The notes: generated by a model not told the origin, from the letters alone. DNA of 64,000 nt from Octopus bimaculoides (GCF_001194135.2 NC_068982.1:152623721-152687720); one strand, 5' to 3'. Positions 26,431-39,709 are shown, counted from the first letter of the stretch. Numbers and translations: made by a program.

Positions 26431-28224
26431 AAATTATATCGTCACCACACTGCTAACATAATGATGGTTTTGATGTATATTGCATTTAACTTCATTAAAT
26501 TATTTGATGTTTCACATCATGTTGCACATAACGCGAATATCTATGTCTATACACAATTTTATGGATATTAAAGAGACAACCGAGTTGAGCTCAATGTATT
26601 TAGATACCTGTTTTATCAATGAGGAAGCTGTATACGTGGTCATACGATCTGCTAAAAATAGCAGTCAGATTTCTCTAAAATCACACTTCACCGCTTTACA
26701 AACAGAAAGATACACATTAAATAATATTTACCGAAATATCACGAACAAAGACTGTATGGCCATTGCTGGAATCATTTTGGTCATATTTCATTTCTATGAG
26801 AATTGGCCTTGACCTAAATGACAACGTGAAGGATTGAAGTACAAAACCACGCGTCATGTGGTCTGAATTCCGAATTTTATGCATTCAGCTATTTCTGTAA
26901 AATGCTTGTCTATCTACAACAACCTAAACAATATAATTTGCATTTCGGAAAACAGGTGAAATTAAACGAAAATGTGTATAACCGTGTGCATGTATGTGTT
27001 TTAATGATTCTATTTGCAATCGCTGGAAAGTGAATATACAGCCGAATACGAAATCAATACAATTAAACGTAAGCATAATATTAAGAGAGGGAACAATACA
27101 TTTTAGAGATTCTCTCTGGTTCAGTTGGTGCAGCCTGTGATATTGAAAGTGTCAACAAAATTTCATCTTCATAAACAAGTTCCGTAATCTAGAAAGAGCA
27201 ATCATATACTACATATGTTGCATCATAAAATATTTTTATCAATAGCCTACATTTCGTCATATCTAAATACATTTGACAAAACTATATGACTAGTATGAAA
27301 ACAAACCAGAATCATAGCAAGGCAATATATACCAAGGAAACGTATAGCGTCAAATTCTAGGGTAATAACAAAATAATTTACAACCGAGTAATAAGATAAA
27401 AACCTACACATTTTCTGAAAAACAAACAGGAAAACGAAATAAAGTTACACAGAAGGCGACAGTGAAGAGTAAGAATAAACGGAAAGGAAAAAAACTGGAA
27501 GAAACTGAAGAAAAAAGAAAAGCAAAAAACAAAAACAAAATGCATATGTGTGTGAGTGTGTGTGAGTGTGTGTATGTATATGTGTCATCGCGCGTGTGTG
27601 TGCGTGTGTTTCTCTCTTTTTCTCTATATACACACGCACGAAAACATGCACACATATAAATACATTGACGTACATGCAACTATAACAAGGTTTGTACATA
27701 CAAACCAACACAGAAACGTAAGCAATGCACAAATATACACACAAACACACACATACTACAATGACTCATTCTTACGAATTTATAGAAAACCCCATATACA
27801 CTCAGACGGCATAAATACACACACACGCACACTCGTAATTACAAATAGACACATACACACAACAACCCACCCACTCACACACACACATGCACACCCACAT
27901 ACGCACGCACGTACACACACACACACACACCCGCAGTAAGACTAAAGCGAAGATAAACACATTTGAAATAGAATTCACCGAAAAGAAAATATATTTCTTT
28001 AATTAATTGAATTTCTTTCTTCTAAGGTAGTTTCGTTAATGTTGATGATTGCAAATGGAATGATTTCACTGAGAAAAGACATTCTCTTCATTTTGTGAAT
28101 CATAGAATATCTCTTTGCACCACCACACAACACAATTTACAATCAGGCACGTGGTATCGAATTCTTTCTTATTTTTTTTTTACCCCAGCATTCTTTATTG
28201 CAATATTTTTACTATTGCCATCAA

Positions 28225-28399
28225 TAACGATGCTGACTGACTGTTTGCTCTTAGCTTTAGTGATTTATTGCTGAAAGTGGTTCATTGTACAGTGAAACAA
28301 TAGAAAGGTAAATATAAATGAAAATATAAGACAACAAGCAAAGCATCAGCGTAAACAATGGAATTGAACAGTGAATAACGGTAGAAAACAATACGATAG
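28225..28399. repeat. 175-bp direct repeat, copy 1
   Basis: Differs from 33487-33662 by one substitution and one 1-bp indel. Confidence 0.95.
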
Positions 28400-28603
28400 T
28401 ATATTGGGGAGACAGAAATAAAAATGCGTTTTACGTTACATCTCTTATATTTTTTCTTTCGCAGACAATGTACTTCAGTCAGTGACATAAAATACTCAAT
28501 ACTCAACATACAGTCTGTGCATACATACAAACATACATAATACTTACATACATATTTCTACATACATACATACATACATATATGTACATATACACACACA
28601 TAC

Positions 28604-28658
<55 letters not shown>

Positions 28659-28795
28659 TAGATACATGCATGATACATGTACCCTTACATATAGGCACAC
28701 ATGCACATAGTCGCACACAGTTTTATGTGTATACATAAAACTATGTCTACAGCTATATACATATTTATATAATGTTTATGTATATATATAATGTT

Positions 28796-28843
<48 letters not shown>

Positions 28844-29444
28844 GGTGCCCCAGCATGGCCACAGCTTATGAGCTGAAACTGGATTAAATGAAAATGAAAA
28901 TATATATATATACATACACATACATACATACATATATACATACATACATACATACGTGTGGATCGTTGGCGTTTTTTTACTTTCGACTTCCTTTTCTCTT
29001 GGACTTTCCTCTGTTTCCTGATTCTGAAGAGCTTTGCTCGAGTCGAGACTTAAAACTACCTTTCTTTCCTTCCCTGAGCGTCTGTTAATACTTTGCATGT
29101 ACCACGTCCTCGCGTTTTTGTTTTTCTTTCTTGTGTTTTTTTCTTCGCTTTTTTGGATTATATATATATATATATATCTATATATATATTTATAATTTCA
29201 TGCACACAGGCTCACATATATGATATGACCATAGTAGTCTCTCGTTGTTGATGGTCTAGCAATTTCTTGCTGAACAACCTACACAAAGGATTAGTTTATA
29301 GTAGTCAAATGCCTGTGCTGTGCATTATCCCAGTCTTTCCACCAAAAGAGGAGACAATCTCAAGATTTAAGAATTCTTTAATATTGTCATGCTAATAAAG
29401 GAAAGGGCAAGTTTAATGTCTGCAGATAAGAGGACACTCCTCGA

Positions 29445-29475
29445 GACGGGTTTCTGGTTCAATAGCCATCATCAG
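29445..29475 (-). ncRNA. Minimal type I hammerhead-ribozyme-like motif, probably a Penelope-like or retrozyme relic
   Basis: Minus strand CTGATGA-TGG-CTATTGAA-CCA-GAAAC-CC-GTC: all core nucleotides present, 3-bp stem II, minimal stem III; the 3' strand of stem I is missing. Confidence 0.5.
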
Positions 29476-29740
29476 CACAATAAATTACGACAATTTATAA
29501 ATGTTTTCTACTCTGTTTTCTATACACGCCTAGGTCTTTTAGCTGCTTCAGATAAGACAGTCCAATTGTCGTGCTGACAACGGTGATTGACTCAGACGAG
29601 AGTGTCTTTGACTGTCTTCTTACTTCCAGAATATAAACTTACCTTTTTCCAGAATGGCATATACATATATCTATGTGTGTGTGTCTGTTTGTCGATGTTT
29701 GTCCGCCCACTTATTTCTTTGGTGGCGGAAACTAGGGTTC

Positions 29741-29890
29741 TTTCTGTCTACCAAATCCATTCACAAGGATTTGGTAAGCCTGAGAGGATATAGCAGAAGA
29801 CATTCGCCCAAGTTGCCTCGCACTGTGACTGAATGCAGAACCATGTAGTCAAGAAGCAAACTTTTCTTAACACGCTGCCACGCCTGCGCT
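29741..29890 (-). mobile_element. Family B SINE 5' half, decayed
   Basis: TCTACCAAATCCATTCACAAGG...AGAAGACATTCGCCCAAG...AGAACCATG is the reverse complement of the family B head and core. Confidence 0.75.
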
Positions 29891-29967
29891 TACATATATA
29901 TCAGGCCATCCCATAAGTTCCGTCCGGATTTTGTATAAAGAAAACAAGTGATGATTTAGAGTGGTTC

Positions 29968-30226
29968 GACGATTTAGCGTCTATTTTCAGCGTATAGGCA
30001 TGGTACCCTCAGTGCCCTTAATTATAAATGTATTTTATAATATTATAAATCTCTGTATACATATATACAGAGATTTATAATAGTTTAAAATACAATATAT
30101 TGCATTTTATACTATTATAAACCTCTCTCTATACGTATACAGAGATTTACAATAGTTTAAGATATAGTTATAATTAAGGGCACTGAGGGTACCATGCCTA
30201 TACGCTGAAAATAGACGCTAAATTGT
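29968..30226. mobile_element. Foldback or MITE-like palindrome with 55-bp perfect arms and two internal hairpins
   Basis: 29972-30026 is the exact reverse complement of 30169-30223; the interior is two copies of a palindromic unit. No TSD found. Confidence 0.75.
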
Positions 30227-30879
30227 CTTACTCGATTATGGCAGAGCTCGTCGGTACTATACCAACGCGCCAAGCGGGAACACGGGGGATCACTCAGCAA
30301 CATAGAAGTAAAAATATTGTCCACACATAGAACGGACAAATTACGGAAGCTACACACATAATAGAAGATAAACTAACACACACCCACATCACAACCTGAT
30401 GACAGAATAAGATCCCCAGAAATTAGTAATAATATGAAACTAATAATAATATTAAACTAATACAATAGATAGATAAATAAATGGAATTAAGTAATTAAAT
30501 ACATAAAATATAATAAATTAATACGCAAAAAAGAACAGATAAGTAGATAAAAACAAATAAATAAAACAAATAAAATAAAATGAACGTGAATAAACAGGGG
30601 ATGCTGATAATGCAAACATAGACACACAGAGGGATATACGCATACGCAAATAAAGACACATACAGCAGGAACAAAAAATGGAAGACCGTTAGGAATGAGA
30701 GACACAAAAGAGAAAGATAAAAGATAAAATATACAAATTTAGCCAATGAAAACACACGCACTATTTATTTGGAGTTCTTTTGCTTCAGCTTTATTTCATA
30801 TTGATTATATTTCGGCCAGAGTTCTTTCGTCGCACTTCTGTGACCTCATGAGTGGTCCTTTGCTTTCTTCACGAATAGT

Positions 30880-31236
30880 CAAGAGGGAAGGTGAAAGAAT
30901 ATATAAAATACTCTTAAGTACGAAATGGCCCGAATATGAAAAATGAAGACGATGAAGATAGTGCTAATTATTGTTGGGCCCTTGAGGACAGTAATAGAAG
31001 ACATCAAGAGGAATATAAAGGAAATTGGAATAGAGTGCTGAGTAGAACTGTTACAAAAGTTTTACCTCCTTGGCACGGTCAGAATAATAAGGAAAGTATT
31101 AGATATTTGAAAAGAAGAGATAACATGGTATCGTAGACTGCAGGTAGTCAGCCTGCTACGCATGCAAGGTTCCACGAGTTCCAACAAAACCTGAGATACA
31201 AAGAATAAAAATAATAATTATGATGATGATAATGAT
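30880..31236 (+). pseudogene. 3' end of an R4/Dong-like LINE (RLE-domain C-terminus, 3' UTR, (TAA/TGA)n tail)
   Basis: LKYEMARI*KMKTMKIVLIIVGPLRTV...IKEIGIEC*VELLQKFYLLGTVRIIRKVLDI* (stop 31108-10) fits the VPIVVGALG..LQK..LLGT.RIIRKVL pattern of this clade. Confidence 0.8.
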
Positions 31237-31265
31237 ATATATAGCTGCATGCACATATATACATA

Positions 31266-31308
<43 letters not shown>

Positions 31309-31423
31309 NNNNNNNNNNNNNNNNNNNNNNNNNNNNNNNNNNNNNNNNNNNNNNNNNNNNNNNNNNNNNNNNNNNNNNNNNNNNNNNNNNNNNNNNNNNN
31401 NNNNNNNNNNNNNNNNNNNNNNN

Positions 31424-31473
<50 letters not shown>

Positions 31474-31789
31474 TGTGTTATAACTGCTGTCGTGATAGCT
31501 GCCAAACAAAAATGAAAGTCATTACACATTCGATCAAAGCCGTTTCAATATATCGCGATTCAGTTCATTGAAATATTTACATACACCAATGAACATTTTA
31601 AGTCTAATGCTCCAAGGGCAATTTTGTTCTATTTTAACTGAATGTAATCAGCTAACAACGTCTAAGATATGTTTGTCCTCATTTTAACCACACCGATATC
31701 CATTTGAAATAGAAAGAATATCATTTCATATTATTATCCATTCCCGAAGAGTCATCTGCAGTATCTTGTACGATTATCATTAATAAGCT

Positions 31790-33020
31790 TAATGATATAG
31801 CAGAACGATTCATGTAATTCATCGAATTGCCTGGAGCAAGAGCAGAAAACCTTTTTTAGATTTGCCAATGACTTTATGTTACAAGGGAGCAGGCATCAAG
31901 TCGGGTGAAATATGTGGTCACAAAGACTGGGAAGTTGATCCAAATGCAATCGGTACACAATGCTGCGCACATAATTTAAATTTGGCTGAATTCATGTGAT
32001 AAGTACCAGTAGTAAAACCAAAGTATATGTTTGAAATCTGGAATGTTTTTCTCTAATTCTGTACCTCTTCTTCAGTACTAAATGAACAACGTAAAGAACA
32101 ACGCAGTCAGAGCAAATATTTTGCACCGCGTCTAAAAAGCTGCTTTGTTATAGACGCCCGGGGGAATTCAGTAGTAAAGGAAGTGTTGCAGAATTTCCTT
32201 AGAACTAGTAGTTGCTCTGAAATGAATCTGGATGCTGAGTTACAAAACTAATCAGCTTACCGAGGCAAAGTATATAATAGAAACACGCTGTTCTTATGAA
32301 TTCTTGTTCTTATATTCTGGAGCAAAATGCGAAAGAAGACTTTTAATTTATATAATTACAGAAAAATAGTCTAATTATATTGATGGCTTCTCGTTTGATT
32401 TGGCTCTTGAAAGACGATGTGAAAGATATGTGAAATATCTAGAAATGTACATTGAAACATATTGAAAAAGGAAGTATTTAGATTGTCTCGAAAATGTGAT
32501 AATATAGAATAGAAACTGCACAGAGAACACAAAACAAAAAGATTCCAGGATGAAATTGCAAAGGCTAAAGGAAATATATGGTGCTTGTAAGAAATATTCA
32601 GTTGAATTCTACTGAATGTCCTTAGATTTTATTATAAGTAGTACAGGAAAAATTTTCGTTTAGTTTAAACACGTAACGTTGTTAATTAGTGTTCTAGATG
32701 CAAAACATTTTAAATGTGCAGATAATGTGGACAAATGAGTACATTTTAGCAGATGTGTTCTCCTGTATTATTCGCTGTCAAACTGAAATTGTAGAAGCGT
32801 TTTGTACATTGAACATCATATACAAAGAAATAACGCGCACTGGCAGTAAAGCAAATACAGGTGACACAAAAATGAACATCAGCAATGTACTGAAATTCAT
32901 GATCCACCATGGCATTGATTCCATTTGTTTTCGTTTGCCCACACTCTACCATATTTTTCGACCTTACCAATAAATAATGCAGTTTCAGAACGAGCGTTTT
33001 ATCAGCTAAAAGCCTATGTT
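31790..33020 (+). pseudogene. Decayed hAT transposase (ZMYM1/P52rIPK-like)
   Basis: ERFM*FIELPGARAEN (31803), CCAHNLNLA CxxH motif (31961), TLPINNAVSERAFYQLK dimerisation motif (near 32961), correct order and spacing; many stops. Confidence 0.72.
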
Positions 33021-33486
33021 TGATAAAATATTTTTGATAATGTTTGATAAAATATTTCCCGGTTGCCTTTGCTCTCTATATAATGAGACTTGATGGTTTC
33101 TGAAACGAATTATCTTAAATAGATAACTGCTAAAATAAAGCCAGATGAAGAAGACTGTTGTAGTTCCTCCATATATATTCCCATTGACTTGTTTTGTTTT
33201 CATTTTAGGTTTTAAATTAAGTTATGTTTTAAATTAATATTAAAATAATCAAATAACGTTTTTATTTTTAGAAATTTATGAGCTTCACATCAGAATCTGG
33301 TTAGACCATTGTCCAGGTTCTTGCTTGTGTGCTTTCAAAATCCCGCTGATATAACAAAATAAGTCACGTTAGGTTGAAATTAGTTCTAAATTAAAATCTG
33401 TACATGAGGCAGAGCTCTGTGTCCCCTCTGAATTATCTATATTAGCAACGTATAGCTTAAAATATGCGTGATGGAATTATAAGGTC

Positions 33487-33662
33487 TAACGATGCTGACT
33501 GACTGTTTGCTCTTAGCTTTAGTGATTTAATGCTGAAAGTGGTTCATTGTACAGTGAAACAATAGAAAGGTAAATATAAATGAAAATATAAGACAACAAG
33601 CAAAGCATCAGCGTAAACAATGGAATTGAACAGTGAATAACGGTAGCAAAACAATACGATAG
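33487..33662. repeat. 175-bp direct repeat, copy 2
   Basis: See copy 1 at 28225-28399. Confidence 0.95.
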
Positions 33663-33664
33663 CT

Positions 33665-34000
33665 ATGTCTGTCGGTGTTAAACTATTCTGAAAAAAGCTC
33701 TTCCAGGATTTTGCTTCGTTTAGTAGTATGAGTAAACGTGATGAAATTGCCATAACGTCCACTATTGCACGCGAAGATCATGGCACTCTGGTCTCTTGGA
33801 CATATATCGTTGACTTCCTCTAAAACAAGATGAACAAATGCAAACTTTTCTGAGCTCTGTCCCAGAATATAAATGTTAAGGTCATCTTGAAAATGCTCAT
33901 AAAATTATGAAAATAATTTCTTTTGAGGCATATTCATCTAGCACAACCTCTCCAATAGCATGTTGCCATACATAGAAATTAATTTACAAGGTAAAAAACA
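33665..34000 (-). pseudogene. Decayed Helitron Rep-domain fragment
   Basis: Across frameshifts: MYGNMLLERL, SSCFRGSQRYM, DQSAM...GRYGNFITFT..KILEELF, collinear with the Helitron Rep pattern MYAKIETERL, PSSF.GSPRYM, QDAM..GKPDLFITFTCNP.W.EI. Confidence 0.6.
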
Positions 34001-34326
34001 TATCGGCAGTTGCCCGATTTAAAGTCTATCACTTAGTCTACCAATACTCTTAGTGTTGTCCTTTGTGTTACAAGCAATAAGCTAAGGGATCCCTTTAAAG
34101 AACATTTTTCCTTCCTCCAGCTACTCTCGAAGGCACTAAAAAGGATCACCTTACAAAGCTATAAAAGATTGTCTGATGTTTTCCAGAAAGTGTTTTCATT
34201 CTGAAGTGGTACCTAAAAAAAGAAACGTAATATCATGTTGCATGAGTTTCAGGCAAATGTACATTAACATTAAAACACGACATTAAGCGTGAATGTGCCA
34301 CAAACAGAAATATGACTGCGAAAGAC

Positions 34327-34395
<69 letters not shown>

Positions 34396-36917
34396 GAGAG
34401 AGATAAAAGAGAGAGAGAATGGAGAGGAGAGAGAATGCGGAGGGAGGGAGAGAGAGAGATAAATTAAAGTAAGTGACAGAGGAAGAAAAACTGAAATGTT
34501 GACGCAACACTTAATTACGCTTGCTGTTAATAATAGGTAGAGTGACAATGTTTTAGAAAAGTTCTCAACTCTGTGATGCATAAATGAATGGCTAAATTAA
34601 ATTTTATAAGCGGCAGAGAAGAGATGAATACATTTCAGTGACTTTAATAATGTATATTATTTCAATCTACACATTAGATTTTTTTGTGATTATTGATCTT
34701 GTCATCAATCAAGAGTGATAAGGCTATACGCAAACAATACTTGTCATATAGAAAATAAACGTATGGTCACAAATGGAGAATATACAAATTACTTGTTTTC
34801 GGTTTAACTCAGTTGTTTTCAGATACTTTTGGCTTAACCCTTGTATGCACTTGAATGTGAGAGAGAAGAAAACGGAAGTATGAAGGTGGTATAAGAAACA
34901 AAGAAACAGGCTGAGTCGCAAACACGGAGAAAGAAATTGACAGAGAAATGAAGAGACAGATTCATCGAATGAAAATGAATAATAAAAGTAGAGAGAAATT
35001 TATGTAAGAAAAATAAAGAAGGAGAGAGAGGAAGTGAGTGAGAGAGAGAGAGGAGAAAAAGAAAGTGGGGAGAGAGAGCGCGCGAGTGAGTGAGAGTCTG
35101 AAGAAGAAAGAAGGAAAGACAGTTTGATATAATATGTTATCGCGTCTACTGTTTCTAACAGATCGAATGACAAGGACTTTTAGAATTGATCACCACCTTA
35201 CGCTAACATTAGTTTATAACTTTCTGCCTTTTTCTCAGCTTCTTTCTTGAATTAAACACAAACTCTTGTCTCTGTCAAATTTGTGATATATAAATGAACG
35301 TCCGACTCTAATTTTAAAAGTAGTAAAATTACAAAATAAAAATTGAATATACGATTTAGATTGGCCATATTTAGATTGGCCATCGTGATTCACCCAGGAT
35401 ACTATTTTCCAGTTTTCACACGTCATCGTAATAATGCTAGCTCTAGCATAGTTTTGATTGTCAAGGCTAAAACAAACTAAAAAACGATCTGTTGAAGTCA
35501 TTTATTTACCGAATTACTAAAACTGCAAAATAAATATTATATTTATGATACATTACGCCTTCGTGTTCACTTGACAGAATATAAAATAAATTTAATAAAT
35601 AATCGGTATTTCTTTAAATTTCTTTCCCCAGGGCAATGGAAAAATAATTTGAAAATATTTCTGGCATATCTTTTGAATATTTTAACTTTAATCTTTGGTT
35701 ATATTTTTATTAATATTTCTCGTTTTACAATAGCTCCCAATAATATTAATTTACTTAGTAAGTTAATAAGAAATAAAATATACATATAGCATCTTTTAGT
35801 ATATAAATTGCTGGGCAGTTATTAATCACGCAGAGTGGAAGAACCATTAAAGTTATTACTGAATGTTACGCATTGTTTAGCTACGTCTGGGTTTTTTTTG
35901 TCTCGAGATCAAATCTCATCAGTCAATTTATCCTTAAATTTTTGTGCCTTTAAAATATACTATTAATCAAGTACTAGTGCTGATAGTGACAACTCTACAG
36001 GTTCAAAGGAAACTGTGGGTTATGGGGTAAATCATTATTGACATTATTATGAGCAAAAAGCTCCTTCTGTTTCTATTCACAAACAGTGAATTAATTATTG
36101 CTGCATGGCCAAATAATCGAGCAGTTCCCTTCGTAATTATATGCTTCTAGTTCTCATTGAAGTACACACAATTGTGAGCAATTTTTTCACTTTTATAACG
36201 CATTTCAAACTAAAGCATAAAAGGCTAATTACTAGACAAATTGCTAATCAGGTGTTCATTCTCGTCACACTCCGTGTTACCGTAAGTCTGTTTAGACATT
36301 ACACTAAGAGTAGAAGTGTCCGTGGTATACATAATATCTTACATTTTGATACTGTATATAGATAGGTCCCTTGATTACACAAACAGAATATGTCACATAC
36401 CCGAAAATAAACTCACATTTATATGTATATAAAAGAATTGCAGAAGACCAAATATTCTGGAATGAAATTTATCATGGTACGTGACAAAACTGGTACCAAA
36501 GATTTGTAAACCCTACAAGAGATATCTGATTTATTGGCTTGAAGTGGAGATACAATTAAAAACCGTCTAACAGCCAAAATATCTTACGCCAGGTTTTCTG
36601 TTCGGTCAAACAAGATATGTTTCTGATTTCATTGTCCTACCATACATCTACCTTAACTGGAACGACAATTGGTAACACAGCTTGAAGTACGGTAATATTT
36701 TCTGCAAACTATGGAACAGTTCTTTAAAGAAATATGTATGTATATCTATATGTATATATATATGTCTATCTAATATCTATGTATATATTTGCCAATTTTA
36801 AATTATGATAACGGCACTGAATTCCGACAGATATGCAGCATAATTAAATAATTTGTAAGGAGTAGGAATCCGTTTGAATACAGAACATTACTGGAATAGG
36901 TATATATATATATATTG

Positions 36918-36963
<46 letters not shown>

Positions 36964-37701
36964 TATATATATATATGTATATATATATGCATATATATGT
37001 GTATAAATGTATATGCATGTATGTGTGTATGTATGTGGTCAAAGCTTTTGCAGATGGCATAACTAGAACGTTCCTTACTCTGGATTACCTTACATCGAGA
37101 GATAACAATTATATAGTAAAATATAGGACTTCAGTAAACTTGGTTCTGAACAAGTGGCAATGATAACAAGCAGAAACTCCATGATTTTTATAGTTACGGT
37201 ATGCTTATAAAGTGATATAATCTAAGAATGATTAAAAATTAACTTTGGTTAAAACGTATTAAATCGTTTGAAAGGTCAATATATGAAATTGCATATTGAC
37301 CAACGAAACGTAAATATGAAATAGGTATGTTTAATAGTTACTTTATAAAATAATAATGTGTTAGAATTTGATTGAAGTCGAATATTACTAAATTTGTTGC
37401 TTTTGTTTCTATAGTAATATTTAAACGGTAATTTCTATAGAGGAAAATATAATTAAATAGAAACAAAATACGACTCGACAGTAATTACATTTTATTACCA
37501 TAGTTAGACTAGATAGTTTATTTTGCTGTTTATTTAAAAAAGACTGATTAAATATTCAATTTTAAGAGAAAGTCGGTGTTTTATAATGCATTTAGAAAAA
37601 ATATACAAAGGCGTACACACATATTATTACATAAGTGTACAGAAACGGATGGATGAACAGGCACACATAAATACTCAGATAGATAGGGATGGATAGAAAA
37701 G

Positions 37702-37749
<48 letters not shown>

Positions 37750-38351
37750 NNNNNNNNNNNNNNNNNNNNNNNNNNNNNNNNNNNNNNNNNNNNNNNNNNN
37801 NNNNNNNNNNNNNNNNNNNNNNNNNNNNNNNNNNNNNNNNNNNNNNNNNNNNNNNNNNNNNNNNNNNNNNNNNNNNNNNNNNNNNNNNNNNNNNNNNNNN
37901 NNNNNNNNNNNNNNNNNNNNNNNNNNNNNNNNNNNNNNNNNNNNNNNNNNNNNNNNNNNNNNNNNNNNNNNNNNNNNNNNNNNNNNNNNNNNNNNNNNNN
38001 NNNNNNNNNNNNNNNNNNNNNNNNNNNNNNNNNNNNNNNNNNNNNNNNNNNNNNNNNNNNNNNNNNNNNNNNNNNNNNNNNNNNNNNNNNNNNNNNNNNN
38101 NNNNNNNNNNNNNNNNNNNNNNNNNNNNNNNNNNNNNNNNNNNNNNNNNNNNNNNNNNNNNNNNNNNNNNNNNNNNNNNNNNNNNNNNNNNNNNNNNNNN
38201 NNNNNNNNNNNNNNNNNNNNNNNNNNNNNNNNNNNNNNNNNNNNNNNNNNNNNNNNNNNNNNNNNNNNNNNNNNNNNNNNNNNNNNNNNNNNNNNNNNNN
38301 NNNNNNNNNNNNNNNNNNNNNNNNNNNNNNNNNNNNNNNNNNNNNNNNNNN

Positions 38352-38396
<45 letters not shown>

Positions 38397-39234
38397 CCAA
38401 ATTTAGATTCAGGTCGATAGCTGGAGAACAAAATGAAAATACGTCCTCTGCTATATTCGATCTACGAATATCAGATATAACTATGAGCTGCAACATTTTA
38501 TGTTCATGAGCCTACCATTCAGCGTTTTGCACATTCAGCATTATTAACAATTGGCTGATGTTCCTTTCCTTTCCTTCCATTTTACTGATTTTGTTCCATA
38601 GAATATACTCAGTGAAATGCAGACCATCATGTGACCAATTATCGATAAGATACATGTTCAGCAGTATGTAGTAATGTCCAAGAGAAAATGAAATGCTTAA
38701 GAATACTATCAGTGCGACCATTGCAACATATGCTGGTTTTACTGAGTCCACCTATGCTCTGAACCAGCAGATCTATGATCAACGGCTTTCAAGCCATATC
38801 AGTATTTTTAATTAATTAGAGAGTATGTAAGGGTTTTATTTCTACCCGTTCGACCGCTTACATAGAAACTCACTTGTAAAACTAAAGACATTTTTAAAGA
38901 GAGTGCATTATAGATATAAAGCCAGTGAATATAGCAATTCATATTCCAGAAACATACATTCTGTATATGCCGTAACTCACAATTTTAACAACCGAAGAGA
39001 TCCACAAAGAAATAGCTTGCGTGGTAAGCATAGCGAGTTAGAGATATCGACTGAATTTCCCTACAGTTACACAATACTAGTTTAAGAAACATCGATCAGT
39101 TTAGAAAATGCAAACTCTGACATACAGAAACACGCTATGTTGATGGGTAGAGGACTTTCAATCTGCTGAAACAGAGATGGCTGACCTTGAGCCAAACAAT
39201 TACCCCAGCAGCAGCAATAACAGGAAGAAGTTAT

Positions 39235-39623
39235 AGAGTATACCATAGTAAGAAGCTTGCTTCCCAACCACATGGTTCTGGATTCAGTTCCACTACGCAG
39301 CACCTTGGGCAAGTGTCTTCTACTATAGCCTCGGGCCGATCAAAGCCTTGTGAGTGGATTTGGTAGACGGAAACTGAAAGAAACCTGTCACACACACACA
39401 CACACACATATATATATGTATATATTTGTGTGTTTGTGTCTGTGTTTTTTCCTCCACCATCGCTTGACAACCGATCTTGTTTTGTTTACGTCCCCGTAAA
39501 TTAGCAGTTTGGCAAAAGAGCCCGATAGGACAAGTACCAGGCTTTACAAAGAATAAGTCCAGGGGTCGATTTCTTCGACTAAAAGGCGGTGTTCCAGTAG
39601 GGCCACAGCCATATTGACTGAAA
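39235..39623 (+). mobile_element. CORE-type SINE (family B) with internal (CA)/(TA)/(GT) microsatellite
   Basis: AAGCTTGCTTCCCAACCACATGGTTC, CACCTTGGGCAAGTGTCTTCTACTATAGCC, CCTGGGGTCGAT-type 3' part; ends at a gap. Confidence 0.9.
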
Positions 39624-39633
39624 NNNNNNNNNN

Positions 39634-39709
<76 letters not shown>

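Noticed and set aside
35358-35390. Short exact tandem duplications (ATTTAGATTGGCCAT twice; ACCAGATCCACT twice near 60498-60521)
   Set aside because: Ordinary slippage or repair duplications.
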